A stretch of DNA of 26,593 bases, taken from an uncultured Gammaproteobacteria bacterium. GTDB lineage: Bacteria > Patescibacteriota > Microgenomatia > Levybacterales > GWA1-39-11. The notes under the pieces are model-generated. The model had not been told where the DNA came from. It saw only the letters and a program-made list of their open reading frames with translations, and searched no databases. The stretch's first letter is position 1, and each line of letters begins with the position of its first letter. The stretch lies in assembly GCA_964428715.1 (NCBI GenBank), contig CAYRYY010000004.1:1-26593 (forward strand), given 5' to 3'. Positions 8,572 to 16,101 of this stretch are shown piece after piece. Both the position numbers and the translations under genes were made by a program.

Positions 8572-9117
8572 ATGGATAATCCATTTGCTCCTTTATTATC
8601 ATTTTTAGCCCTCGGAACTCTCCTTTTTATAATTGGTATAGCGGTAGGCACACTTCTTTTTATTGTTTCATTTTTAACTCCAAAAAAATCATTAGTTGGT
8701 AGACTTTCAAATTTAATAGGTGACAATGCGATGGGAATAGGACTTATTATAGCGACAATGGCAACTGTATCAAGCTTATTTTTATCAGAAGTTGCAGGAT
8801 TTCCTCCCTGCAAACTATGCTGGTATCAGCGTATTTTTATGTATCCGCAGGTTATCGTTTTGGGAGTAGGACTACTATACAATGACTTGAAAGCTCGTTT
8901 AATAGCGCTTATTTTAAGTATTATAGGAGTACTTATTGCGGTTTATCACATACTCGTTCAGTTTTTTCCAGCGTCATTTAAGTGTTCAGACGAAGTGGCT
9001 AATTGCGCGCTGAAATCATTTACCTATTATGGGTTTATAACGATTCCTGTTATGAGTTTAGTGGCCTTTTTAGCAATCATTGTAGTGCTCCTTTTTAGCT
9101 TCAAGAAGACCCGTTAG
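8572..9117 (+). CDS. dsbB: DsbB/BdbC-type disulfide bond formation protein
   Basis: PCKLCWYQRIFMYP, second Cys pair C-SDEVAN-C, GFITIPVMSL, multi-TM. Start at ATG 8572 directly after the dsbA stop. Confidence 0.92.
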   Translation: MDNPFAPLLSFLALGTLLFIIGIAVGTLLFIVSFLTPKKSLVGRLSNLIGDNAMGIGLIIATMATVSSLFLSEVAGFPPCKLCWYQRIFMYPQVIVLGVGLLYNDLKARLIALILSIIGVLIAVYHILVQFFPASFKCSDEVANCALKSFTYYGFITIPVMSLVAFLAIIVVLLFSFKKTR

Positions 9118-9153
9118 TTTCCGTAAAGACTCAAAATCCTTTATAATACACAT

Positions 9154-9870
9154 ATGGGGAAAAAGCAGATCATAAAGTACCTTGTGCTGCGCACATTGGG
9201 AAATTTTTTAATTCTTTTCATGGTGTTTGGATTTGTAGCAACTTTTGGTCCAGCAATTTACTACGAGGTGAAATTTAGAGTGTCTCAATTTAGGGGGGTA
9301 TCATATGCGTTAACCTCAAAAGACCCGGAAGAGATTAAAAAGATCAATGAAGAAAAAAAGAATGATCCAGTTGCGGCAAGTTTATTTGGAGATGTGTTAG
9401 CTGAAGGAAAGACGCATGAAATTATACCTACTGACACCGAATTTTCTGTTGTAATTCCCAAAATTGGAGCCAATGAAAAAATTACAGCCAATGTAGATCC
9501 ATCTAATGAAGGTGAATATCTAGACGCTTTGAAGCATAGTGTGGCACATGCAAAAGGTTCAGCATTGCCAGGACTTGGAGGAACAACATATTTATTTGCT
9601 CATTCAGCTGACAATTTTTGGGATGTAGGCAGGTACAATGCTGTGTTTTATTTGCTAAAAGATTTAAATATAGATGATGAGATTTCTGTCTTTTTTGATA
9701 ATAAAAGATATAACTATACTGTGTATGACAAGAAAATTGTAGACCCTTCAGAGGTGGATTATTTGGCAGCTAATATAGGGCAGGGAGAACGCATAATACT
9801 GCAAACATGTTGGCCACCAGGAACAGCATGGAAACGTATGCTCATTTTTGCAAAACCTGTAAACAATTAG
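9154..9870 (+). CDS. Sortase (class D/E-like)
   Basis: N-terminal TM helix, VVIPKIG, GVAHAKG-like VAHAKGS, YLFAHS (catalytic His), LQTCWPPG (catalytic Cys), KR (Arg). Confidence 0.92.
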   Translation: MGKKQIIKYLVLRTLGNFLILFMVFGFVATFGPAIYYEVKFRVSQFRGVSYALTSKDPEEIKKINEEKKNDPVAASLFGDVLAEGKTHEIIPTDTEFSVVIPKIGANEKITANVDPSNEGEYLDALKHSVAHAKGSALPGLGGTTYLFAHSADNFWDVGRYNAVFYLLKDLNIDDEISVFFDNKRYNYTVYDKKIVDPSEVDYLAANIGQGERIILQTCWPPGTAWKRMLIFAKPVNN

Positions 9871-9923
9871 TTTTGCGAAAAGAACGGCAGTGTCCTTTTT
9901 GCAAAACCAGTTAGCAATTAATT
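9845..9923 (+). repeat. Imperfect direct repeat of the sortase 3' end (24/28 nt identical, 51 nt offset)
   Basis: tttttgcaaaacctgtaaacaattagtt (9845-9872) versus tttttgcaaaaccagttagcaattaatt (9896-9923). Confidence 0.8.
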
Positions 9924-10122
9924 GAGGGTGGGGTTTCACGCGGTGTGCGTGAACACCTAAAACAGCTGAGTTCAATTGTATGAATTTTCGTGCGTAATGA
10001 TTTAGTTTTTTACACTTCCGTTCTACTTGTAAGCACTTTGATGATCTTGACCACCGCATTTTCACATCATATAAATTACTTTAATGAACTGCCCAGTTAC
10101 TAAAAACACATTTATATTTTTG

Positions 10123-10151
10123 AACCAAACACCTAGTGTTTGGTTTTTTTT
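10123..10151 (+). terminator. Intrinsic terminator upstream of the tasA-like gene
   Basis: Stem aaccaaacac/gtgtttggtt followed by a T run. Confidence 0.7.
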
Positions 10152-10219
10152 GATTTGAAAATGTAATCAGAATTAATTCTGTTTTATTGACAGAAAAGAA
10201 TGGAGGTGAATTTTAAATT

Positions 10220-10771
10220 ATGTTAACAACAAGAATTGGAATTTCAATGTTTTCTATTTTAGCAGCAGTTGGATTGCTCAGCGGAGCAACCTTCGCATTC
10301 TTTACAGACACAGCAACTTCTCAAGACAATACGTTTGCAACAGGTACAGCAGATTTACAAATTGCAGTGGACAATGCAGGAGTTCCTGGAGCGTTTGGAG
10401 CAGAGATTACAGCACCAGCAATTGATGAAGAAAATATAGTCCCTGGTTTTTCTAAGACTTATGATTTTTGGCTTAGAAATAATAGCTCTACAGGAATTGA
10501 TATGAGTATAGCTGCAGCACTTGCAGATATCATAACAACTGGTAATGCTGGCATTCAAGATCAGCTTACAGTTCAAATTGACTGCGGAATAATAGCTGGA
10601 CCAGCTGCAGTAAGTGGATTTACCGGAGGCCCATATCCAGTACGAGCAACTTTGAGTGCTGGGGTTAATGTGCCTTGTGAGATGACAGTATCACTCCCAT
10701 CGAGCGTAGATAGTAGTTATCAAGCATCGAGTGTGAGGTTTGATGGGGTATTTACAGGAACACAACTGTAG
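10220..10771 (+). CDS. TasA/camelysin (CalY)-like protein with SipW-type signal peptide; probable major fibre subunit
   Basis: GATFA|FFTDTATSQDNTFATGTADLQI, NIVPG...Y.F.LRN, C-terminal YQASSVRFDGVFTGTQ. Strong SD GGAGGTG at 10202-10208. Confidence 0.85.
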   Translation: MLTTRIGISMFSILAAVGLLSGATFAFFTDTATSQDNTFATGTADLQIAVDNAGVPGAFGAEITAPAIDEENIVPGFSKTYDFWLRNNSSTGIDMSIAAALADIITTGNAGIQDQLTVQIDCGIIAGPAAVSGFTGGPYPVRATLSAGVNVPCEMTVSLPSSVDSSYQASSVRFDGVFTGTQL

Positions 10772-10782
10772 ATTTGGTAGGT

Positions 10783-10842
10783 TTTTTGTGGCGGGCAATT
10801 GCGTCAGCCCGCCACAGAAACAGTAAGAAGTAGATGACGCAA
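10783..10842 (+). other. GC-rich hairpin whose loop is complementary to a downstream segment (possible pseudoknot)
   Basis: Stem tgtggcgggc(10787-96)/gcccgccaca(10807-16). Loop ttgcgtca(10799-806) is the exact reverse complement of tgacgcaa(10835-42). Confidence 0.65.
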
Positions 10843-10861
10843 AATTTTTATAACTGCCCTT

Positions 10862-11416
10862 ATGAAAAAAGCAAGAAAAATAACGCTTAAAGTATTACAT
10901 ATTAAATTTACTATTTTAGTATTCTTATTAGTTCCGCTAGCTATTGCAACACTTATAACTTCTAAAACAAATATACTTGGCAACATTCAATCATATGTAG
11001 TTCTCACCGGGAGTATGACGCCCACAATTCCTGTAGGAAGCGTAGTGTATGTAAAGAAAGCACAAGACTACAAAACAGGAGACGTTATAACATTTAATTC
11101 TCAAAATGGTCAGCGCGTAACCCACAGGATTGCAAGTGTGGAAGATTCAGGTTATGTCACCAGAGGAGACGCCAATAACACAACTGATAAAGATTTGGTT
11201 TCCAAAACAGATATAGTTGGAAAAAATGTTTTTACACTTCCATATGTAGGACGCGCTATTTTATTTTCTAAAACTCCATTGGGATTTGGGCTTATCATAG
11301 TACTTCCTATTTTAGTATTTATTGGATTTGAAATATGGAATATTAAAAAAGAACTGGAAAAACAGATCGAGAAAAAATTAAAAAAACAATTACTGCAGAA
11401 TACCCAAAACGTATGA
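10862..11416 (+). CDS. sipW: Signal peptidase I, SipW/ER-type (Ser-His)
   Basis: VVLTGSMTPTIPVGSVV, GDVITF, VTHRI, TRGDANNTTD, PYVG, C-terminal TM helix. Confidence 0.92.
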   Translation: MKKARKITLKVLHIKFTILVFLLVPLAIATLITSKTNILGNIQSYVVLTGSMTPTIPVGSVVYVKKAQDYKTGDVITFNSQNGQRVTHRIASVEDSGYVTRGDANNTTDKDLVSKTDIVGKNVFTLPYVGRAILFSKTPLGFGLIIVLPILVFIGFEIWNIKKELEKQIEKKLKKQLLQNTQNV

Positions 11417-11925
11417 GATATGCTTTATTTTTCTTTTCAGTTATAGCATTTTTAGGATTTTTTCTAACACGAGTGACATTCGCTGTTTTTTCAGATTCTG
11501 CAGTTTCTCAAAATAACACTTTTACAGCCGCAGCTGTTTTTGCATCTCCTACGCCAAGTTTGTCACCAACTCCCACACCTCAAGAAGTTCCATTATTTGT
11601 AAGCAACCCCTTTACCTGTGCAGATGGCGCCTCTAACACAAGTGTCTCAAAAGGAAATGTGAGTTTTGTAAAAACATCATCACTTGAGATACAAGTGGAA
11701 TTGCAAAATGCACTTCCAAATACTCAGTATGCGTTATGGGTAAATCAAAATCCAGGCGGTTGTCCACAGCCAAATGCCACACAAAATGCGTTTATTGAAA
11801 CTGATGCAAGTGGAAATGGACAAAACACCTTATCAGGACATGCGCTCGTGGGTGGTGCGACAAGATTTTGGGTAAGCATGGTAGGCGGTTCTGATGTATT
11901 AAGAAGCAAAGCGGTAGAATTATAA
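11413..11925 (+). CDS. SipW-type signal-peptide protein with TasA-like N-terminal strand, Pro/Thr linker and a small beta domain
   Basis: VTFA|VFSDSAVSQNNTFTAA matches the TasA-type mature N-terminus, then SPTPSLSPTPTP, then a domain with 2 Cys. ATGA overlap with sipW. Confidence 0.75.
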   Translation: MRYALFFFSVIAFLGFFLTRVTFAVFSDSAVSQNNTFTAAAVFASPTPSLSPTPTPQEVPLFVSNPFTCADGASNTSVSKGNVSFVKTSSLEIQVELQNALPNTQYALWVNQNPGGCPQPNATQNAFIETDASGNGQNTLSGHALVGGATRFWVSMVGGSDVLRSKAVEL

Positions 11926-11927
11926 AA

Positions 11928-12872
11928 ATGAAAAAAAGAATATTAGTCATTTTGTCACTTATTATTTTGCTCTCTGGTGTAAGTGTATATGCTAAAGACA
12001 ATTTAAAACTTTTTGAGAATACTGCATATGCAGTAGGGGAGTTGACCGTTAATTGGGGAGCTGGTATTTCTGAAGGAGAGCCAATATTTGAAGTATCAGA
12101 TATGATTCCAGGGCAGATAGAAACGCATACCGTGGAAGTACTAAATGGATCAAGTAATACTCGTCCAGTAGGAGTTAAGGGGATTGAGACAGCAAATAAT
12201 GGAGATTTGTCATCTGCATTCTCCATAATTATTTCTCAAGGTTCTAGCGTTTTGTATGGAGCGGGAAGTCTAACTGGTGTAAAAACTCTTGCTGATTTCT
12301 TTGAGGAAAGCAGCAATCCTTCAGGTATATTTTTATCAAACATAAATCCAGGAGACAGTGTGTTATATACATTTACAATTATTTTTAATGCAGATTCAGG
12401 AAACGAATTTCAAAATACAGAAACTATTTTTGATTTAAAAATTGGAATGTCAGTTCCGATTCCTACAGAATGTGCGCATATAAAATTTGGAAAAAACACT
12501 GTGCCAATTCTGGGAACTGCAGGAAGTGACAAAATAAACGGAACACCTGGAAACGACTGTATAATGAATTTTGAAGGAGTAGATACAGTCACTGGAGGGG
12601 CCGGAAACGACTGCATAGTAGGAATTTCAGGAGTCAAGAAGTTTAATGGGGGGGCCGGAAATGATGGAATAATAGGTGGAAGCTCAAATGACAGTTTGGA
12701 TGGGGGGGCCGGAAATGACATTATTTCAGGAGGTGCTGGAAATGACACAATAAAAGGAGGTGCTGGAAATGATGCGTTGGATGGCGGTTTAGGAAACGAT
12801 GTGACAGATGGAAATGCTGGAAAAGACTCATGTTCTGCAGAAACTACAAAAGCATGCGAGAGTGCAATATAG
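11928..12872 (+). CDS. Secreted TasA-like core domain fused to RTX (hemolysin-type Ca-binding) repeats
   Basis: IFEVSDMIPGQIETHTVEVLN and NINPGDSVLYTFTIIF...GNEFQNTETIFDL resemble the TasA/camelysin core; GGAGND nonapeptides in the C-terminal third. Confidence 0.78.
   Translation: MKKRILVILSLIILLSGVSVYAKDNLKLFENTAYAVGELTVNWGAGISEGEPIFEVSDMIPGQIETHTVEVLNGSSNTRPVGVKGIETANNGDLSSAFSIIISQGSSVLYGAGSLTGVKTLADFFEESSNPSGIFLSNINPGDSVLYTFTIIFNADSGNEFQNTETIFDLKIGMSVPIPTECAHIKFGKNTVPILGTAGSDKINGTPGNDCIMNFEGVDTVTGGAGNDCIVGISGVKKFNGGAGNDGIIGGSSNDSLDGGAGNDIISGGAGNDTIKGGAGNDALDGGLGNDVTDGNAGKDSCSAETTKACESAI
12513..12836 (+). repeat. 12 consecutive 9-codon RTX-type repeats
   Basis: GTAGSDKIN/GTPGNDCIM/NFEGVDTVT/GGAGNDCIV/GISGVKKFN/GGAGNDGII/GGSSNDSLD/GGAGNDIIS/GGAGNDTIK/GGAGNDALD/GGLGNDVTD/GNAGKDSCS. 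Confidence 0.9.
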
Positions 12873-13114
12873 ATAATTTGATACACAATGATTACCTTGA
12901 CAAAAAACACGTAAAAGGAGTTAAATTATTACACTTCTCTTGGCAGGGAACTGTAGGATTGATAGGATAACTACAATCACACAAGAATAAGAGTAACTTC
13001 AAAGAACTTTTTTGCTGACCGCCCCCGGAAGCATTACATCCAGCACATTTCCTGGATATTTTCATACACAGAATTTATATATTGTGATATCTTTTTTGAA
13101 AGGAGGTGAATTTA

Positions 13115-13708
13115 ATGAATATTAAAAATAAAATTGCGGCTGCATCTGCTTCTGCTGTAATTTTGAGTGGAGTGTTAGTGAATGGTGCATTTGCATCAAC
13201 AGATATCACTATCTCTGGTAACTTAAAAAAATCAGAGAATAAAGTAACTGTCAAAAACTCAAAAGTTACAAAGGTTACACAGAGCAACTCACAAGTGGTT
13301 AATACAGTTGTAAATTCTTCAGCATCTACTGGAGGAAATAAGGCAAATGACAACATGGGAGATGTGATTGTAAGTACAGGTAAGGCAACTTCACATGTGA
13401 CGGTTGCCGTAGGCGGAAATGTAAACACAGCAACATTCCCATGCGGATGTGAAGAAACAGACACAACAGTAAAGGTAAAAAATAACGGTAAGAAAAGCAA
13501 AAATACCGTAAATACTGATGATCTGGTAAAGAATATTGCAGCTCAAGTGAATGCTGCATTAGTTGGAACTGGTGTAGGATCTGATGCTGCAACAGGAGAC
13601 AACAAAGCAAACGCCAATGGCGGAAAAGCAACAGTAGACGTATCTACTGGAGTTTCTAACTCAACTGTAGCAGTTGTGGTAGAAGGATCAGTAAACGTGC
13701 TTGAGTAG
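13115..13708 (+). CDS. Secreted two-repeat Asn/Gly/Val/Thr-rich protein (predicted beta-solenoid or amyloid-like)
   Basis: Signal ending in GAFA; two ~80-aa repeats (A.TG.NKAN.N.G...VSTG.....V.V.V.G.VN) joined by a PCGCEE hinge. Strong SD AGGAGGTG at 13101-13108 places the start at ATG 13115. Confidence 0.8.
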   Translation: MNIKNKIAAASASAVILSGVLVNGAFASTDITISGNLKKSENKVTVKNSKVTKVTQSNSQVVNTVVNSSASTGGNKANDNMGDVIVSTGKATSHVTVAVGGNVNTATFPCGCEETDTTVKVKNNGKKSKNTVNTDDLVKNIAAQVNAALVGTGVGSDAATGDNKANANGGKATVDVSTGVSNSTVAVVVEGSVNVLE

Positions 13709-13727
13709 TAAGCATCGTTTATTGTAG

Positions 13728-13778
13728 TGAAAACGGACCTCTAGGGGCATTGACCCTGCGGAGGCCGTTTTCATTTTA
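13728..13778 (+). terminator. Long hairpin terminator closing the fibre locus
   Basis: tgaaaacgg/ccgttttca with inner cctc/gagg and taggg/ccctg stems, followed by tttta. Confidence 0.7.
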
Positions 13779-13803
13779 TCTGAAACATGTATATAATGAT
13801 TTT

Positions 13804-15993
13804 ATGGGACAATTTGTGCATTTACTGGTTAAAAACCCCAAGGATGATGAGACGCCAATTCAAGCGGCGACGCAGATATTTTCAAGCGTATTACCATATC
13901 CATATATTCCCTTATGGAAGCATGCATATTCAAAACCAACACCGTTTGCGTTTGAAATATTTCTAATAAATCAGACAGTTTCGTTTTATGTAGCAGCACC
14001 TGCCAACAAAGAGACCGTGGCTTCTAGTGTTATTTCATCGTCTTTTCCTAAATCACGAGTTATTAAAACAACAGACCCTATGCTCGAAGTGCTAAAAGCA
14101 AAACATATAGCTTATGGTCAGATGGTTTTAAATTCATATTCTTATTTGCCTATTAAAACTTTTGCTGATTTTGAAGATGTTGATCCGTTGTCAGCAATGC
14201 TTGGATTTTTAGGAAAACAAACAGAAAATGTACAAATGGCTGTGCAAATTTTGGTAACTCCTGCAACGTTTGCTTGGCAAAGCAATGCGGTAAAACAGGC
14301 AGGGCATATGATATTGGATACTCCAGGTTCAGCAACTGACCCAGCTGACAAGGCGCGCTATGCGCAAAATCCGCAAAAAATGTTAATGATGCAAAAAGCA
14401 GCTTTTCAGGGTGGTAAAGCAGTTGTGAGGCTTATTGTAGGTGCGGATTCAATACCTGAAGCAAAACATGAGCTAGCCAACCTTTCAGGAACATTTGGAA
14501 CTTTTTCACTGGGTGAGGGAAATCAGTTTGTTTTAAAAAAACCCAGAATCCGCAAAAAACTTCTTTTGGAACGGATTAAAAGCAGACAAACTGGATTGTT
14601 TGAAAAAAGACAGCAAGTATTAAACGCGGCAGAATTGGCCACTTTGTGGCATCCACCGGGGATCTTACTTGCGGGACTCAAAAATATTTCATGGGGAAAA
14701 ACACTTTTGGGTGAAGCTCCTGAAAATCTTCCTGTTATAACTAACATGGAAGATGATGAAAAGCAAAAGATTAATTTTTTTGCAAAAACAGAGTTTAAAA
14801 ATAAAGAAACAATTTTTGGAATTAAGGATGCAGATAGACGTAAACACATATACGCAATTGGAAAAACTGGGGCTGGAAAGTCCACACTTATTGCAAACAT
14901 GGCAATTGATGACATAAGAAAGGGACGCGGCATAGGAATTATAGACCCACATGGTGATTTGTCAGAAATTATCTTAGACTACATTCCTAAAAGACGCTTG
15001 AATGATGTGGTGTATTTAGAGCCGTTTGATCAGGAAAGGCCTTTCTCGTTAAATGTTTTGGAGATTCACAATAAACAGCATAAAGATTTAATTTCTTCAG
15101 GAATTGTTTCAATATTTCACAAAATTTACGGGGATAGTTGGGGACCAAGACTGGAGTACATTTTGCGTAATGTCATCTTAACACTACTTGATGTTGAGCA
15201 GGGGACACTTCTTGATGCGCTGCGTATTTTATCAGACGAGCCATACAGGAAAAAAATTGTGGCTCAAATTCAGGATCCAGTACTTAAAAACTTTTGGGAG
15301 CAGGAATTTGACAAAATGTCAGATAAATTAAGAACAGAAGCTGTTATGCCGATTCAAAACAAAATTGGTCAATTTGTTTCATCAAAAATGATTAGAAATA
15401 TTATTGGAAATCCAACAAGTTCAATTAATCTGCAGGAAATTATGGATGATGGAAAGATTTTAATCCTTAATTTGTCGCAAGGAAAATTGGGAGAAGACAA
15501 TGCAGCATTGTTGGGCGCTATGATAATTACACAAATTCAGTTGGCTGCTATGAATAGAGCATTTGTGAAAGAAGAAGACAGGCGCGACTTTTTCCTATAT
15601 GTAGATGAGTTTCAGAATTTTGCAACTAGTTCATTTATTAAGATTTTGTCAGAAGCTAGAAAATACAGACTTTCATTAACACTAGCTAATCAATATTCTG
15701 ATCAGCTGGAGGAAGAAATACAGCGGGCAATTTTTGGAAATGCAGGAACTATTATCTCATTTGTAGTAGGAGCGCATGACGCCTATACCTTGACCAAGGA
15801 ATTTGCTGAAATATATTCAGAAAACGATTTAGTGTCACTTGGGAAATTCGAAACTGTCGTAAAGTTATCTATTGATGGAATGACGTCTGGTCCGTTTCCA
15901 GCAACTACACTTCCGTTGCCAAATCTCAAAAATGACAATAGAGCTGATATTATTCGAATGTCAAAAGAACGTTATGGGAGAAAAGCAATGTAG
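13804..15993 (+). CDS. VirD4/TraD(TrwB)/VirB4-like FtsK-HerA-superfamily ATPase
   Basis: Walker A GKTGAGKS, IIDPHGDL, WGPRLEYILRN, Walker B FFLYVDEFQNF, SEARKY..L.LANQY. Start at ATG 13804, 6 nt after TATAAT. Confidence 0.88.
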   Translation: MGQFVHLLVKNPKDDETPIQAATQIFSSVLPYPYIPLWKHAYSKPTPFAFEIFLINQTVSFYVAAPANKETVASSVISSSFPKSRVIKTTDPMLEVLKAKHIAYGQMVLNSYSYLPIKTFADFEDVDPLSAMLGFLGKQTENVQMAVQILVTPATFAWQSNAVKQAGHMILDTPGSATDPADKARYAQNPQKMLMMQKAAFQGGKAVVRLIVGADSIPEAKHELANLSGTFGTFSLGEGNQFVLKKPRIRKKLLLERIKSRQTGLFEKRQQVLNAAELATLWHPPGILLAGLKNISWGKTLLGEAPENLPVITNMEDDEKQKINFFAKTEFKNKETIFGIKDADRRKHIYAIGKTGAGKSTLIANMAIDDIRKGRGIGIIDPHGDLSEIILDYIPKRRLNDVVYLEPFDQERPFSLNVLEIHNKQHKDLISSGIVSIFHKIYGDSWGPRLEYILRNVILTLLDVEQGTLLDALRILSDEPYRKKIVAQIQDPVLKNFWEQEFDKMSDKLRTEAVMPIQNKIGQFVSSKMIRNIIGNPTSSINLQEIMDDGKILILNLSQGKLGEDNAALLGAMIITQIQLAAMNRAFVKEEDRRDFFLYVDEFQNFATSSFIKILSEARKYRLSLTLANQYSDQLEEEIQRAIFGNAGTIISFVVGAHDAYTLTKEFAEIYSENDLVSLGKFETVVKLSIDGMTSGPFPATTLPLPNLKNDNRADIIRMSKERYGRKAM

Positions 15994-16101
15994 TACTTTT
16001 TATTCCTCCTGCGACCCTTGGTCTAAGTCATAAATTCCTGTACCACTTCGTGGTATAGTCGGTTACTCATGTATCACATTCGTGATATAATAATATACCT
16101 C

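Noticed and set aside
9901-9960. c-di-GMP-I riboswitch resemblance (GCAAAACC...GCAA loop) upstream of the biofilm-like genes
   Set aside because: The required GGACGCAAAG segment after the second stem is absent; the match is explained by the sortase-end repeat.
9748-10065. 105-aa minus-strand ORF across the sortase/tasA gap
   Set aside because: It overlaps the sortase 3' end, has atypical composition and no recognisable motif or start signal.
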